Assembly: GCA_000708835.1 (NCBI GenBank)
Contig: DF237443.1
Span: 7,196-71,195, forward strand
DNA from: Klebsormidium nitens
Lineage: Eukaryota; Plantae; Klebsormidiophyceae
Length of the DNA stretch: 64,000 nucleotides
Direction: 5' to 3'
Shown here: one piece after another, positions 1 to 13,199 of the stretch
Position numbering within the stretch: the stretch's first letter is position 1
How the letters are laid out: each line of letters opens with the position of its first letter
Notes under the pieces: model-generated
Database searches by the model: none
The model's input: the letters and a program-made list of their open reading frames with translations, nothing else
Told to the model about the DNA's origin: nothing
Position numbers and translations under genes: made by a program

Positions 1-299
1 CTTCGTCTAGCTCATCATCCCCAATGTCACATGTGCAACGCTGAGAATGTTAAGACTGGTCAAAGTAAGTAGCAAATCCATACAGCTTCGCTTTGCTTCC
101 GCTACGATATCCAGCGGCGCTATTCCAAAGGCCAAGTCCACCAAGCAGATCCGGAGCCGTTAGCGTTGCCACAGTTTCTGTTGAAACCCATGGTGGCCGA
201 GGGTCGTAGTGTAGTTGAGCTACTCATCATCGGGTCTGATCGTGTTGCCCGGCACCTGCTCATCTCTCATTGATGGCAGCCATGCATCCTAAGAGGAAC

Positions 300-386
300 T
301 GTTGAGATACGGGCATTTAGGGACCCGATCTTTGGGTGATTCTAGGGTTTTAGGATCATGACGTCGACGGTTATTCGACGGTAACN
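300..386 (+). mobile_element. Start of a Copia 5' LTR (truncated by N-gap)
   Basis: Begins TGTTGAGATACGGGCATTT, 18/19 identical to the start (read on the minus strand, from 6599) of the LTR at 6008-6599. A Copia gag fragment follows in the same orientation after the gap. Confidence 0.7.
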
Positions 387-1080
387 NNNNNNNNNNNNNN
401 NNNNNNNNNNNNNNNNNNNNNNNNNNNNNNNNNNNNNNNNNNNNNNNNNNNNNNNNNNNNNNNNNNNNNNNNNNNNNNNNNNNNNNNNNNNNNNNNNNNN
501 NNNNNNNNNNNNNNNNNNNNNNNNNNNNNNNNNNNNNNNNNNNNNNNNNNNNNNNNNNNNNNNNNNNNNNNNNNNNNNNNNNNNNNNNNNNNNNNNNNNN
601 NNNNNNNNNNNNNNNNNNNNNNNNNNNNNNNNNNNNNNNNNNNNNNNNNNNNNNNNNNNNNNNNNNNNNNNNNNNNNNNNNNNNNNNNNNNNNNNNNNNN
701 NNNNNNNNNNNNNNNNNNNNNNNNNNNNNNNNNNNNNNNNNNNNNNNNNNNNNNNNNNNNNNNNNNNNNNNNNNNNNNNNNNNNNNNNNNNNNNNNNNNN
801 NNNNNNNNNNNNNNNNNNNNNNNNNNNNNNNNNNNNNNNNNNNNNNNNNNNNNNNNNNNNNNNNNNNNNNNNNNNNNNNNNNNNNNNNNNNNNNNNNNNN
901 NNNNNNNNNNNNNNNNNNNNNNNNNNNNNNNNNNNNNNNNNNNNNNNNNNNNNNNNNNNNNNNNNNNNNNNNNNNNNNNNNNNNNNNNNNNNNNNNNNNN
1001 NNNNNNNNNNNNNNNNNNNNNNNNNNNNNNNNNNNNNNNNNNNNNNNNNNNNNNNNNNNNNNNNNNNNNNNNNNNNNNNN

Positions 1081-1320
1081 TCGGGTGAGCCCGTGACCAT
1101 GTACGTGGCTCGGGCAAAGGATTTGTTTGGGAACTTGAGAGCTACCAGTCTCGAGTTGAAGCCGGATGAGCTGGCTTGGAGCGTGCTGGCGGGATTGCCG
1201 AGCTCGTTCAGTACCCTGAGAACAGTGTTAATGGCTTTGGAGGGCAACATGAGCTTGGTGGATGCGATCTTGCCGAAGTTCTTGGTGCATGAGCAAGGAT
1301 TTCAGCTGCCCAAGGATGAC
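1081..1320 (+). pseudogene. Copia gag (UBN2/Retrotran_gag_2-like) fragment
   Basis: MYVARAKDLFGNL...ELAWSVLAGLPSSFSTLRTVL...DAILPKFLVHEQG closely parallels the gag at 10205-10654 (MYVGLAKDL...LAWSLLAGLPKTFSTL...DAILPKLLVHEQG). Similarity is lost after about 1320. Confidence 0.8.
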
Positions 1321-2849
1321 AGAGGATGTCCAATTGGCCTTAAAAGGAGAGCTAGAACAAACGAACTTATTGCAGGTCCTGTTCGAGGTCGTGCTGGGTG
1401 TGTATATGTGCGGGCCACTTCCCTGCCACGCCTCGCAAAGAGAATGTTATCACCAGTCTCACGTCTAATAAAAACCGCTTACAAAGCTAATACGAGGACA
1501 GCGAGTCGTTTTGAGTCTCTTCTCTAGCGGGCTGTCTAAAACACAACTCTTCTCACTTTTTTGAAAGGAATAAACGTGTTATTTATTCAGTCGAGCTCAT
1601 TAAGCCTGCTGGCAAGCATCCTGGCGCGACTGGAGTCGCATGAACATGCGGAAGATTCAATGTAGAAGCTCCAGCACGTGCCACAGCCGCAAGAGGGGAG
1701 GGGAAGACGGCGGAGGGCACTCCGGCCGGTCAGGATCGGCCTGTTTAAAATACACAATTCCAGCAACCATTAGCCGGCTTGTTTAAGGGAGGACATTTAC
1801 AGATTGTTTCACATACCCTTCAAGAAAAGAACGCAGAAGCTCTACTACGGATGCCTCCAAACGTTGCTTCCATAAAGCGAGAGAGTTGTCGGCTCCACTC
1901 TAATGTCCAGGCCGGTAGCTTTGGCGATCGGCGTGCTACTGGCACGACTCGGAAAGAAATGGCACGCTAGCATGAAAGAAACAAACACTTGTGGGCAGTT
2001 GTTTTACGCTCGTTGTGCAGCTTGTTGTTGTGGCAAGCATTCCAACTCAAGCAAAGAGTCGGGCACCGAATCTGCCACAAGTGCACCCGCGGACAGCGGG
2101 GCGTTTGTCTCGCAGCATCAAGATTCTGTTGAAGAAGAGGCCTGCGAGGGAAACCTTGGTCGGTCAGCGTCGGCCTGTCAAAGACACCGAATGCTGTCAC
2201 TGGCCACGTGTCGGCGTTTGGAACCAGATGGCCTTCAAAGGCAATTTGGAAGTGGAATGACTTCCCCTCAACCAACATTGGGTTTGCCAAGAAACTACAT
2301 TTCATGAATTTGCGAGCTCCATCACAATATGGGCCAAAACCCGATTTGAGTACCCTCTGCTAAGGGAACCTTTGAGCAGGTTTTGCAACCTTACTCGTGC
2401 AAATGGATCGTGCGGCACGCTTCCTACCCTCGTTGTGGCCCCTTGCACAGGTGGGGGACTGGGTGCAGGAGGGGCGCTTGTTGGCGCACGTGTGTGCGCA
2501 ATGTGGGGAAGGGGAGACGAAACCGGCAGAAGAGGCTCCGGCGGGTTTGATTCCATGTGTCCAAAAAAAAGCACAAAAAGCAATTACGAGCCATCATCTT
2601 GTAAGACTCTTTAAACAGACCCAACGACCATAGAGTAGCACAACGGAATATGCCTAACTCCGTCCTCAAGCAAAAGATAGTTTTAGAGTGTAAAAGATGT
2701 CCATGCGAATGTAAAAGGTGGTCTGCGATTAATGTGTAAGAGTTCATATTTACACTTTTAAATACTAGGAGAGACAACAAGCACGTGTTGAAAGAGATAA
2801 TAGGAATAGGCTGTTGAGAGTGAGTACAGAACAAGCTGTTCGAAGTCAC

Positions 2850-5330
2850 CTTTGCAAGCACATGCAAAGAACGAAGAGCAAAACCAGTGGCACATGCGCC
2901 CAATGAAGATAGCGCACTAGCGGGCGGTGTATAAGAAGGAAGGGAAAAGCTCGTGAAGAAGTCTCTAACCGGTCTACCTGGGCCTGTCAAGAATACGGAA
3001 AGGATCGCCCGACTTAGCACTATTGAGGCGAACCGTCTCATCGGCCGTTTAACAAAGAGAAGCACCCCAAGCTGCCACCAAAATCGCAAAGCCGGCCGAT
3101 GAGTATCCATTCGTGTCGCGTGCCTTCTGGAAACCCAATTCTCAAAGATATTGAAACAACTTACTTCGGAACTGACGAGGAACATGTGCATGTAGCCCGC
3201 TTGCCCCCACGAGGTTACTTAGTACCTGTTAGGCAAAGATTCTAAGACTGCTGTATGTTTGGTGAATAGTTGGAGCCCCCTTAGATAAGAGCGATGTCGA
3301 GGGCGTTTCCACGGCTAAATAGAAGTGGAATCTGAGAAGAATCGGATACCAGAATCCGTCAAACACCGAGCCCATACAGAGACAAAACGCATAGAAGCAT
3401 GTGTTTCGAAGGAGGACGCTGTTGTGACGCTTGTACGCAGTTGTGAAAACTTCACGAAAGCGTATGCACGCCTGGAAAGTCGGACAATGCTCGAGAGGCA
3501 GGCGTCTAATAATGCAAGCTATGCTGCCAAGACCCCGGCTTGAAACTCGCCGTGTTTGCAATCTGGGTTTGAACCAAGGTGGGAACCAACGTAGCAAATT
3601 GCTAGAGCGCCTATGGGTCTAGGGATTGCAGACAGTCAGGCACCGAAGCGAGGAGGAGTGCAGCCTGCTTGAGGTCTCCCATGGCTAACATGGCCCCGCG
3701 TCTTCTCACGAGCTTTTGCAGCATTGCGTCCTAGCCATGGTAGAGTGGGATGCCCGTGAAAGAGAGTCTCAAACCACACCCTCAGAAAAAGTCCCCCTTG
3801 GTGCAGCCTCCACCCCAATCTCGTTGGCCAAGTAAAGCGTGTGTACAGCGTGTTCTTGCAAAAACAGGTTGTCTTGTGTTGGGGGCTTGTTGCAAATTAA
3901 ATTCAAGTCGGCAACAAAACCTTGGACCAACACCCACATGAAGCAAAGCCTGGCAACCTTCGTCGCTTTCTTTAGTCGAGCTACCTCAACGTAGATGATC
4001 GAGCGGTCGAAAACGTTCTTGTCCAGCAAGTTGTCCTCCTTCACGCAGTCCACACACACAAGTTCTAGAACTGCGCGGGATGGAGGCTTGGGCTCTTCTG
4101 CTTTGAGCACGAACTGCTAGGCATAGATCAGCACCACACTTTTTACACGAGTAACCCTCCAAAGTTTTTCGGTTTTTGAATTCCCCTATGCGGGGAGGGG
4201 GGTAGCGCCGCTTTCCTTCTCTGACATTCTGCTTATGATCAGGACTGCGTCTTTCAACCCTCTGCACAGCGTCCTTGCCAGCGATCTAGACCCTCTCAAT
4301 CAGCCCTTTAAACCACGCCATTGCGTACCCGCACACCTGCCCCTGCCGCTCCCCCTCCTCCAAAAACTACGGGGCCACCAGGACCACTAGAAACATCATC
4401 ACCTCTTCAAATAGATTAGGATTGGAGTCGATTTCAGAACCTCCTTCACATACTGCCACTCAGCCCACGCGCCCAGCAGATATCGGAACAGAGAGATTAC
4501 GAGCGCCACATTGACAGCGAAGGCCTCTTAGTACCCGCTGTTCCGCACATGAATCACGAGATCAACGGTGTAAACATGATGTATTCTGCTCGAGCTGCTC
4601 TGTCTGAAATGCACAAGCGCACCTCGTCAGCCAATTTCAGGAATTGAACCATTTTGGCACCGTACATGCGAAAAACCGAACTTATTTGGTAGTGAGCAGA
4701 GTGTAGAGATTGATTTCGCAAAACCTACGGCCATGTTGACAACAATCAAGCCTGTTCTTGTGGAGGCCGACCGTCAGCACGGACTACCCCGCTTTCTGAG
4801 TCACCGTATAGTACGGGATCTTCCACAGTTCTAAGAGCGCTGTCGGAAGGACGATCTCCTTCCGAACAAAGGCCCTTTCGAAGAACCCCCCTAGTTTTGC
4901 CCCCAACTTCTTTTGCAGCGTCCTTTGCAAGGCTGGGGGGATGCTTATCCACTGCTTCTCTCTGTTCCCGTTAGGTCCGCATTTATACCCTCGAACAACG
5001 ATTTCTCCTTGTGCACGGCAGTGGTAGTACCTCTCGTATATGGGGCAGATGCTAAAATAATTGCTCTGATGGTCCTCGCGAATCCACACTCTATACGAAG
5101 GCTAAAAAAACGACTCTGGCCAAGGTGCGACCCATTCTTGGCTCTGTATTTGTCAACGCCAACGGAGTTTGATGCGTACTCCTTAGCGCCGCATTTGGAC
5201 TGGGGGGGAATTTCGAGGGAAATAGTGCTTCCGTCGAAAGTCTGCCAGGGCTTGGATCTTAGTCGATCCTTTTTTCAGCTCCCGCACGGAACGCTACTCC
5301 AAATGGCTATCGAGAAGCTGCGGAGAGAGA
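2850..5330 (-). mobile_element. Heavily decayed DNA-transposase-like remnant, family unresolved (KDZ/Zisupton-like or piggyBac-like)
   Basis: Fragmentary motifs across frames: YSCKKCGADLCL (Cys cluster, about 4120-4160), FCLC...GF...FH.YLAVETP, GYMHMFL, RLNSA. Many stops and frameshifts; by-eye recognition only. Confidence 0.25.
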
Positions 5331-5779
5331 TTTGAACGGGTGCAAGCGGATGAGTTGAGAAGTGACCTCCAGCGTTGTGTACTTTGCGCGGCTCTCTTGC
5401 TTGGGCAAGCCCTCTATGTCCAAAGTATCTTTCTTTCGTAGGCACGCCCCTGCACTTCGAGCGTGGGAGACGAGCTTGCTCATGAAAGCTTCTGTCCCGC
5501 CAGCCCTTCTGACAGCATCTTTTTTAAATAGAAAAGCAGGACCTTCACCCTAGCAGGACGACATCGCTGCGCCTTCACATGCAAGCTTTTTGAGCCCCAC
5601 TACTTGCACAACTAGGGATGCTCAAAATGGCTCGAAATGCCAAAAGCCAGGCGCCAACCACCACCAAACGGATGCTAATGCTTCACCTCTGTGCACTGTG
5701 CTCACGGAAGAGCCTTCTCCAAGTCTGTAGAGCAATTATGGATCTGACACTATTGTAAAACATCAATCTAAAAGAAGTT

Positions 5780-6007
5780 TGTGGAGAGTCGAAGGAAGCC
5801 GCTCGTGAGGCTCTTCTTTAGGATGCATAGTTGCCATCAATGAATGATGAGCATGAGTGCCGGAAAACACGATAAAACCCAATGACGAGTACCTCAACTT
5901 CACCAAGAGTCCCTAACCATGAGTTTCAATAGAAGGAAGCCGCTTGTGAGATGCTTCGTAAGTTCATCTTTGATCTCATGACTGCCATTAATGAGTGATG
6001 GCGGTCA
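5780..6007 (+). repeat. Uncharacterised dispersed repeat with an internal ~150-bp tandem unit
   Basis: GAAGGAAGCCGCT(C/T)GTGAG...TGCCAT(C/T)AATGA occurs twice. Homologous sequence lies at about 175-295 (minus strand) and 11491-11540 (plus strand). Confidence 0.6.
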
Positions 6008-6599
6008 TGTTGAAACATGGCGTCGTTGGGAATGAATGAACGAATGGTCAAATTCACACAATATATATCGAGTGTTCGGAGTCTAGCGGCGCTAAAGCTA
6101 TGCAGTCCGTGTGCAATGCTAGACTCATCCAAGTAGAGTCACACTCCTTCAGCCTAGGTCTAAACTGATANNNNNNNNNNNNNNNNNNNNNNNNNNNNNN
6201 NNNNNNNNNNNNNNNNNNNNNNNNNNNNNNNNNNNNNNNNNNNNNNNNNNNNNNNNGTCAAATTCACACAATATATATCGAGTGTTCGGAGTCTAGCGGC
6301 GCTAAAGCTATGCAGTCCGTGTGCAATGCTAGACTCATCCAAGTAGAGTCACACTCCTTCAGCCTAGGTCTAAACTGATAGCCTAGTAGGCTGAGTTGAC
6401 CGCGGATAAGCAAGTCCAAAAGGTTTGCGCAAATCTGACTATTCAAGGCCAATTATCGAACCTTTTCATTACGGAGGTTGTCTCAATAAGTCATTTGGGT
6501 GTGACGCTGTAACCCACGTGCATTTAACCGCCAAGCGCTGACTACCGGTTATTGACGTCTCCCACGAGATTGCGCACACAAAATGCCCGGATCTCAACA
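6008..6599 (-). repeat. 3' LTR of the Copia element (true length about 380 bp; inflated by a gap overlap)
   Basis: TGTTGAAACA...TCTCAACA termini; colinear with 11104-11490. The purine-rich GTGGAGGAT immediately upstream on the minus strand is PPT-like. Confidence 0.85.
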
Positions 6600-9500
6600 A
6601 TCCTCCACATACTAATGACTTTTGCAGTTCCTATCTCGCGCTTGAACTTCTTAAACTTCCCCGGTGCTAAAGCCTTGGTCATGATGTCCGCCTTCATGTT
6701 CTCCGTCCTGCAGTGCAAACGCGACCTTCTTGGGTGCAAAGTGATGAATCACGTCAATCTCCTTCGACCGCTGTGAAGGCGATTGGGTGCTTTAGGAGCC
6801 GTATCGCCCCTTGGTTGTTGAGTGGGACTACACCGTTCCAAGGTCCAACTCAAGATCTCCCCCGAGCTTGCGGGATCACAGCGCCTCCTTCACCGCTTGT
6901 GCTGCGCTCATAAGTTCCGCCTCTACCGTCGAAGCCGCCACCGTTGGCTTCAGCCTGCTCGACCAGCTCACCGCCTCCCCGTACACGAGAAGACGTATCC
7001 CGTTGTGGACCGTTCTGTGTTCACGTCACCCGCGCACTCCGCGTCACAATAAGCGATGAGAGTCTTTCCGCTCCCCCAAAGGTCACCCCGTCCTCTGCCG
7101 TATCCGCAAGGTAGCGCACAACTCCAAGCGCCGCCCGCAACTCCGTGCTCCTGCATCGGCCATATAGCGCGCAAGCGCGCCCATTGCCTATGCAATATCG
7201 GGCCTAGTGCACGTGGGTGCTGCATGTAGATCTCCTCCTCTAGCTCCTTATTGAGGAACGCCGTCTTGACGTGCAGCTGATGCAGTTTCAAGTCGCACTA
7301 TGCGACCACCGCCAATAGCGCATGCAAGTCGTGTGCTTGCTCCCTACTGGGCGTCCCGCTTTATCTTGTGAATCCACTTAATGGGAACCGGCTTCACCCC
7401 TTCCGGTTTACAACGAGCTCCCAATTCCCGTTCTGCAACAAAGACCGCATTTCCTCGTCCATTGACTTCCGCCATAGTTCACTCTCTTCTTCCCCCCCGG
7501 CTTTCTGAAAGGTATGCGGTTCTCGGTGCTCCCCGTCCCTTTGGGGTGCTCCCCCNNNNNNNNNNNNNNNNNNNNNNNNNNNNNNNNNNNNNNNNNNNNN
7601 NNNNNNNNNNNNNNNNNNNNNNNNNNNNNNNNNNNNNNNNNNNNNNNNNNNNNNNNNNNNNNNNNNNNNNNNNNNNNNNNNNNNNNNNNNNNNNNNNNNN
7701 NNNNNNNNNNNNNNNNNNNNNNNNNNNNNNNNNNNNNNNNNNNNNNNNNNNNNNNNNNNNNNNNNNNNNNNNNNNNNNNNNNNNNNNNNNNNNNNNNNNN
7801 NNNNNNNNNNNNNNNNNNNNNNNNNNNNNNNNNNNNNNNNNNNNNNNNNNNNNNNNNNNNNNNNNNNNNNNNNNNNNNNNNNNNNNNNNNNNNNNNNNNN
7901 NNNNNNNNNNNNNNNNNNNNNNNNNNNNNNNNNNNNNNNNNNNNNNNNNNNNNNNNNNNNNNNNNNNNNNNNNNNNNNNNNNNNNNNNNNNNNNNNNNNN
8001 NNNNNNNNNNNNNNNNNNNNNNNNNNNNNNNNNNNNNNNNNNNNNNNNNNNNNNNNNNNNNNNNNNNNNNNNNNNNNNNNNNNNNNNNNNNNNNNNNNNN
8101 NNNNNNNNNNNNNNNNNNNNNNNNNNNNNNNNNNNNNNNNNNNNNNNNNNNNNNNNNNNNNNNNNNNNNNNNNNNNNNNNNNNNNNNNNNNNNNNNNNNN
8201 NNNNNNNNNNNNNNNNNNNNNNNNNNNNNNNNNNNNNNNNNNNNNNNNNNNNNNNNNNNNNNNNNNNNNNNNNNNNNNNNNNNNNNNNNNNNNNNNNNNN
8301 NNNNNNNNNNNNNNNNNNNNNNNNNNNNNNNNNNNNNNNNNNNNNNNNNNNNNNNNNNNNNNNNNNNNNNNNNNNNNNNNNNNNNNNNNNNNNNNNNNNN
8401 NNNNNNNNNNNNNNNNNNNNNNNNNNNNNNNNNNNNNNNNNNNNNNNNNNNNNNNNNNNNNNNNNNNNNNNNNNNNNNNNNNNNNNNNNNNNNNNNNNNN
8501 NNNCCCCCGCTTTCGGTTCCGCCGCTAAGTGAGCACGGTACCACTCCTCAGGTGCGCATCTTTCAGACGCGGGATACATCCCGGTCTCCTCCTCAATCTC
8601 TTCCGGCTCTGCGCCCTGTCTTCGCGCACAATTTCAAACTTGCCCTCATTTTGGCCTTTGTGGAAGCGAGCGCGGCGCGGATCGTCGGGCGCGCGCGCGG
8701 CCAGGTCGCCCCGGCGCAGAGATTCAACTTTCAACTTTGGTCCCCCCGTAAACCCCCGTGTGAACCTTTGCGCCGTGACCCTCCGCCTTCTAGAACCGTC
8801 CGTGGGGTCGGAGCCAAGTTCGACAATCCCATTCCCCCCGATGCCCCTCGTCAAAGATAACGTCTCGAAAGATGCTTCACTTCCCGTTACGGTTCCGGAG
8901 CAACCTATACGCCTTCGAGTCCGGCTCGTACCCCACGAACACACATCGCTCGCTCACCGTATCTTCTGTAGCTTACGCCTCCGCTGCTTGAGGACGTGGC
9001 GGAACGCTCTGGCCCCAAAAAACTTCATACGCCGGACATTCGGCTTCTCACCAAAGAACGCCTCTCAGGGGGTCTTCCCATGTGCGCTCACGGGCGTCCG
9101 GTTCCGGGTGTAGTTGGCCGTCACCACGGCTTCCGCCCACGATTCTTTGGGCACCCCCGAGTCCTCGAGCATCGCCCGAGTCTTGTCCTTATCCCGCTTG
9201 AGCCGTTCCGCCGACACATTTTGCTCGGTATTGTAGGGGGCGGTTTTCTGGTGAACCGTCCCCTTGCTCCCAAAAACGTCTTCAAGGGCCTTATTGACGA
9301 GGCTCCTTGCCCTGATCTGTTCGCACCGACTTGAGCTTCTTCCTCGACTGCAACTCCAACCGGTTTATTGTCCGCTCTGTCACTTTGGCCACCTCACTCT
9401 TTTGCTTCATTCTTGTAGTCGTCCAAGAACGTGGCAAAGTACGGCTTACCCCTACCGAGGCTACCGGCATTGGTCCGCAGACGTCCATGTGGACTAGCTC

Positions 9501-11091
9501 AAAAGGCTCTGTGCTCACGAGTCGGATTCCGGGAAGGGAGCCTAATTTGCTTCCCCATAATGCAGGCTCACACACCAAGGCTTTAAGGCCCTGAACGCAC
9601 TCGGTTTCAACCCTCCCTTCCACGAGGTCGCCCTGCATACCACCGAGTTGTGCATAGTATCAAGAAATATTTGAGGATAAATTTCCATCCGGCGTCTCCC
9701 GACCGTCGGTGCCACAACTCGCCGATTTCCGGCTTTTTCACAGGGAAGCACGTGTCCTTCTCCGCCCCGTTGACCACGTAGATCCCCTTCACTTTCCGAG
9801 CAAGAAGGACTACCTCCCTGTCAACCTCAAGCTCGCAGTTGCCGTTCTCCTTTAACAACACCGATGCGACTTCGGTTGCCTTGCTAACCAAGATTTAATT
9901 CGCCCCAACCCCCAAGACATACTGTACGTTTTGCAAAGTGACAAGACTTTCTCCGATTGGTGTCGCACAGCGCAGCTCTACCGAGCCGCTCCCCTCTGCC
10001 CATAGGGTTCCCTTGGCGCTGAACGTGAATTCTCGGCCACTCCCTTCAAACATTGCGAGGGTCTCAAATAGGCTCTTGTCCTAGTTAGGATTCCCCCCCT
10101 TCTTCTGCTCCGGCTTGTGCTCCCGCTTGTCCGGCTTGCTACACATCCGGGCAATGTGACCAAACTCCCCGAAATTATAGCACTTGGGACCTTTGCCCCG
10201 ACTTTCATCCTTGCCGTGGCCCTTCTCCTTGCTCCTTTCCGCCCGGGGCCACATAGGCCATAGCGGAGTCCGAACCACCGCCGCCCTTATCCTTAAGCGA
10301 CTCCTCAAACCCCTGCTCATGCACCAAGAGCTTTGGCAGAATCGCATCCACCGAGCTTCTGGCGCTCTTCAAAGCCTCTAGAATTGTTTCCAGGGTACTA
10401 AACGTCTTGGGCAATCCCGCAAGCAAGCTCCACGCCAACATATCCGGCTTCATCTCAAAACCGGTAGCGACCGAGGCCCTGTACAAATCCTTCGCCAGAC
10501 CCACATACATGGTCACAGGCCCACCCGACTTCATCTTTAGAGAATGCAACTGCTGCCTAAGCTGCATTTTCCTTGCATTGGCTTTACTCTTGTAGGTCTT
10601 CTCAAGGAGATCCCACGCCTCCTTTGCGGTTTTGCACGACTCAATCGACCTCAACGTTCAGCCCGATGATGGTCAACGCTTTTTTGGTTGAGCTGGGTGC
10701 GCTGCGGGATCTTCAACCTCATCCCATAGATCTTTGGAAATCAGTAGAAACTCAAGCTCCGAACTCCACGTTCTATAGTTTCCAAGTCCAACTTATCAAT
10801 GTGGATCTTGTATCCGTCGGCCATTTCAGGGATTGCGTTCCCCTTAATTTAATATCCTTTTCCTCACGACCAAAGGTGGAAGATTTCCTTTTTAGCTTTC
10901 CCTGCCACTTGATCCCCCTTAAGGGCTTTCAATGTGGCTTTGCTCAAAAACAAAGCAGACCGCCCCCACCGGTGCCTTCATTGACCAACGGCCGACCTTG
11001 GCGCACAGATTGAATATTCACCTCCTGGAGGCTTACTATTGAATGCTTGCGCCCTCATTCCCTAGGCGCGTGGTGCGTCGTTGTGCGCCGT

Positions 11092-11103
11092 AGGCCCTTA
11101 ACC
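11092..11103 (-). promoter_or_regulatory. Primer binding site, half-tRNAiMet type
   Basis: Minus strand reads LTR end ...CCAACA directly followed by GGTTAAGGGCCT, resembling the GGTTATGGGCCC PBS of Drosophila copia. Confidence 0.65.
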
Positions 11104-11490
11104 TGTTGGAACACGGCGCTGTTGGGAATGAATATCGAATGATCAATTCTCACATGATAAATATCGAGTGTTTAGCGGCGCTAAAGCTCTGTAGTCCGTG
11201 TGCTATGCTAGACTCACTCAAGTAGAGTCACACTCCCAGTCTAGGTCTACACTGATAGCCCAGTAGACTCAGTTGACCGCGGATAAGCAAATCCAAAACT
11301 TTCGCGCAAATCTGAATATCTACGGCTATTATCGAACCTTTTCGTTACGGCGGTTGTCTCAATAAGTCATCCAAGTGTAACGCTGTAACCCGCACGCATT
11401 TAACCGCCAACCGCTGACTACCGTTTATCGTCGAACTCCTCGTCGACGTCACCCAAGAGACCGCGCACACTAACTGCCCGAATCTTGATA
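11104..11490 (-). repeat. 5' LTR of the Copia element (387 bp)
   Basis: TGTTGGAACA start on the plus strand. Shares long blocks with 6008-6599 (AGCGGCGCTAAAGCT, CAAGTAGAGTCACACTCC, GTTGACCGCGGATAAGCAA, TTATCGAACCTTTTC). The outer end has decayed to CTTGATA. Confidence 0.85.
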
Positions 11491-13199
11491 GAGCATGAGT
11501 GCGGGGCACTATGCCGTAAGACCCGATGACGAATGACCACGACACAATCTGGCCCCATCTCAACGGTACTCACAAATTCCATTATTAACGAGGTTCTGTC
11601 AGTGGTCTTTCGTTATTTAGTCAGCATGGAGTCAAGTGTGTGGTTCATTCCGTCCGTACTTATGGACAAGAGCTGGTACTTTCGGTTGGAAGTAGAAGAC
11701 AAATCCTGCTTCTAGATTCGTAGTATCGAGAATTGGATCTCAAGCAGCAACGGGACACTTACCTAAAAGGTAAACGACATTCAAAACGGCTCACGATAAA
11801 GCTTTGTATACCATTTTTGAAGGGGTGGGGAACGGCAGTTCGTAAAAAAGCAAAAACTTTGAGGAAGTAGGGATACGGTTTGACGAAGTGGGGATAAGGA
11901 TGACAATTGTGGGGGTGGGGGATCACATACACGGCAAGGATAGCGAAACCGAAGCAAGATTCATTCCCACGCAATCACAGAGGATTGAAGAAACGTAGGT
12001 TTAATATCGAAGTGGTCGAAGGGGGACTAGTCGAAGTGGAAGACACACTAGCATACGTTTACCCGTAGCAACTGACACATGTGGAGCTGCTTTTCAAGAA
12101 AGATAAAGTGAACGAAGCAAAATTGGAACAGAAATCACAAGCGACTACACAATGATGGTTGGCCGACAAAAAGGAAAAGCGTGTAAGCTTGTGACGATAT
12201 TGAGGATCGATTAGTAGCTCTAAGGAAAATGGGCAACAGTTGTAGCAACGAAATTCGACGTAGCATGGAAATAGGACGTTCGTTAAGCTTCCAAACAATA
12301 TGCACATCAGCCTATACTAGAGTGTAACTTTGATCATCCTATAGCTGGTTTGCAAGTTCAATAGTTAAGGGTATTGATATATTATATGCGATGTCGTCAC
12401 CTTCGCGTACATGCTACCGTATACAACTTCATGGGTGATAAGTGCATGCCAATGGTACGACGATCTAACAGACAACAATCTATCTCAAAAAGGCCGTGTG
12501 CTAACCTGCTCGATGTGCACGATTCAAATATCAAAGACCCGAGATTAAGCAGCGAAAACGTAGACCATTGATCAAGAAACATGTCCATAAGGTGGGGCTG
12601 CATTCGTTTGTGTTTGCTTCAAATAAGGTGAATTGATTCATAAGCACAGATTCAATAAAGTCCAGTGAATGAGGATTATTGAACTTGTAAGGTCATTTAA
12701 TTCCTATAACTTGGGCGGAATGCAAATCTCCCACTTCATTGAAACAATCGAGACATTTTTGAAAGAACCGATTGGCGCGTAAACATCTCGAGTTTAATTG
12801 GTTTTCGGCATACTTTACATGTATGTTGTGGATCTCAGTGTACGGCGTGTTGCGCAATCGTCAGGAACAAGGACCGGTGGAATTGAGATTTGTGCGGTTG
12901 GCTGAAGGCCAGCCGCCACTTATGTAAGGCAGAATTTAGACCGTACTACCCTAAAGACCGCATAAACTAGTCTTTCTACTGGGTAGGTAGGATCAACCCT
13001 CGGAGCAGCCCCAACAATCTGTAACGCAACACGTTTGAGTAAATGCTCCCTTGCGGGGCCAATTAATACTCAGCAATATGACTACAGTGAGATAAACACA
13101 TTGTTCTAATGACTTACCATGTTTATCTGCTGCTTTTCATCTCATACCGTAGTCTTGCAACCTTTTCCTGTCCAGATCTAGAACTTATACTCTCCGCTG

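Larger units (their letters stand above)
6008..11490 (-). mobile_element. Degenerate near full-length Ty1/Copia LTR retrotransposon
   Basis: Two related LTRs and a PBS. Copia domain order on the minus strand: gag (10205-10654), CCHC knuckle CYNFGEFGHIARMC (about 10130-10180), GAG-pre-integrase LWHRR (9607-9891), integrase ELVHMDVCGP...SVRTDQG (9291-9638), RT LHQLHVKTAFLN..LEEEIY with a central deletion, RNase H YCDA...RSTTGY and MKADIMTKAL (6600-7290). Multiple frameshifts. Confidence 0.9.

Noticed and set aside
6047-6380. 124-bp exact direct repeat flanking an 86-N gap
   Set aside because: Identical sequence on both sides of a gap, absent from the sister LTR: an unmerged contig overlap.
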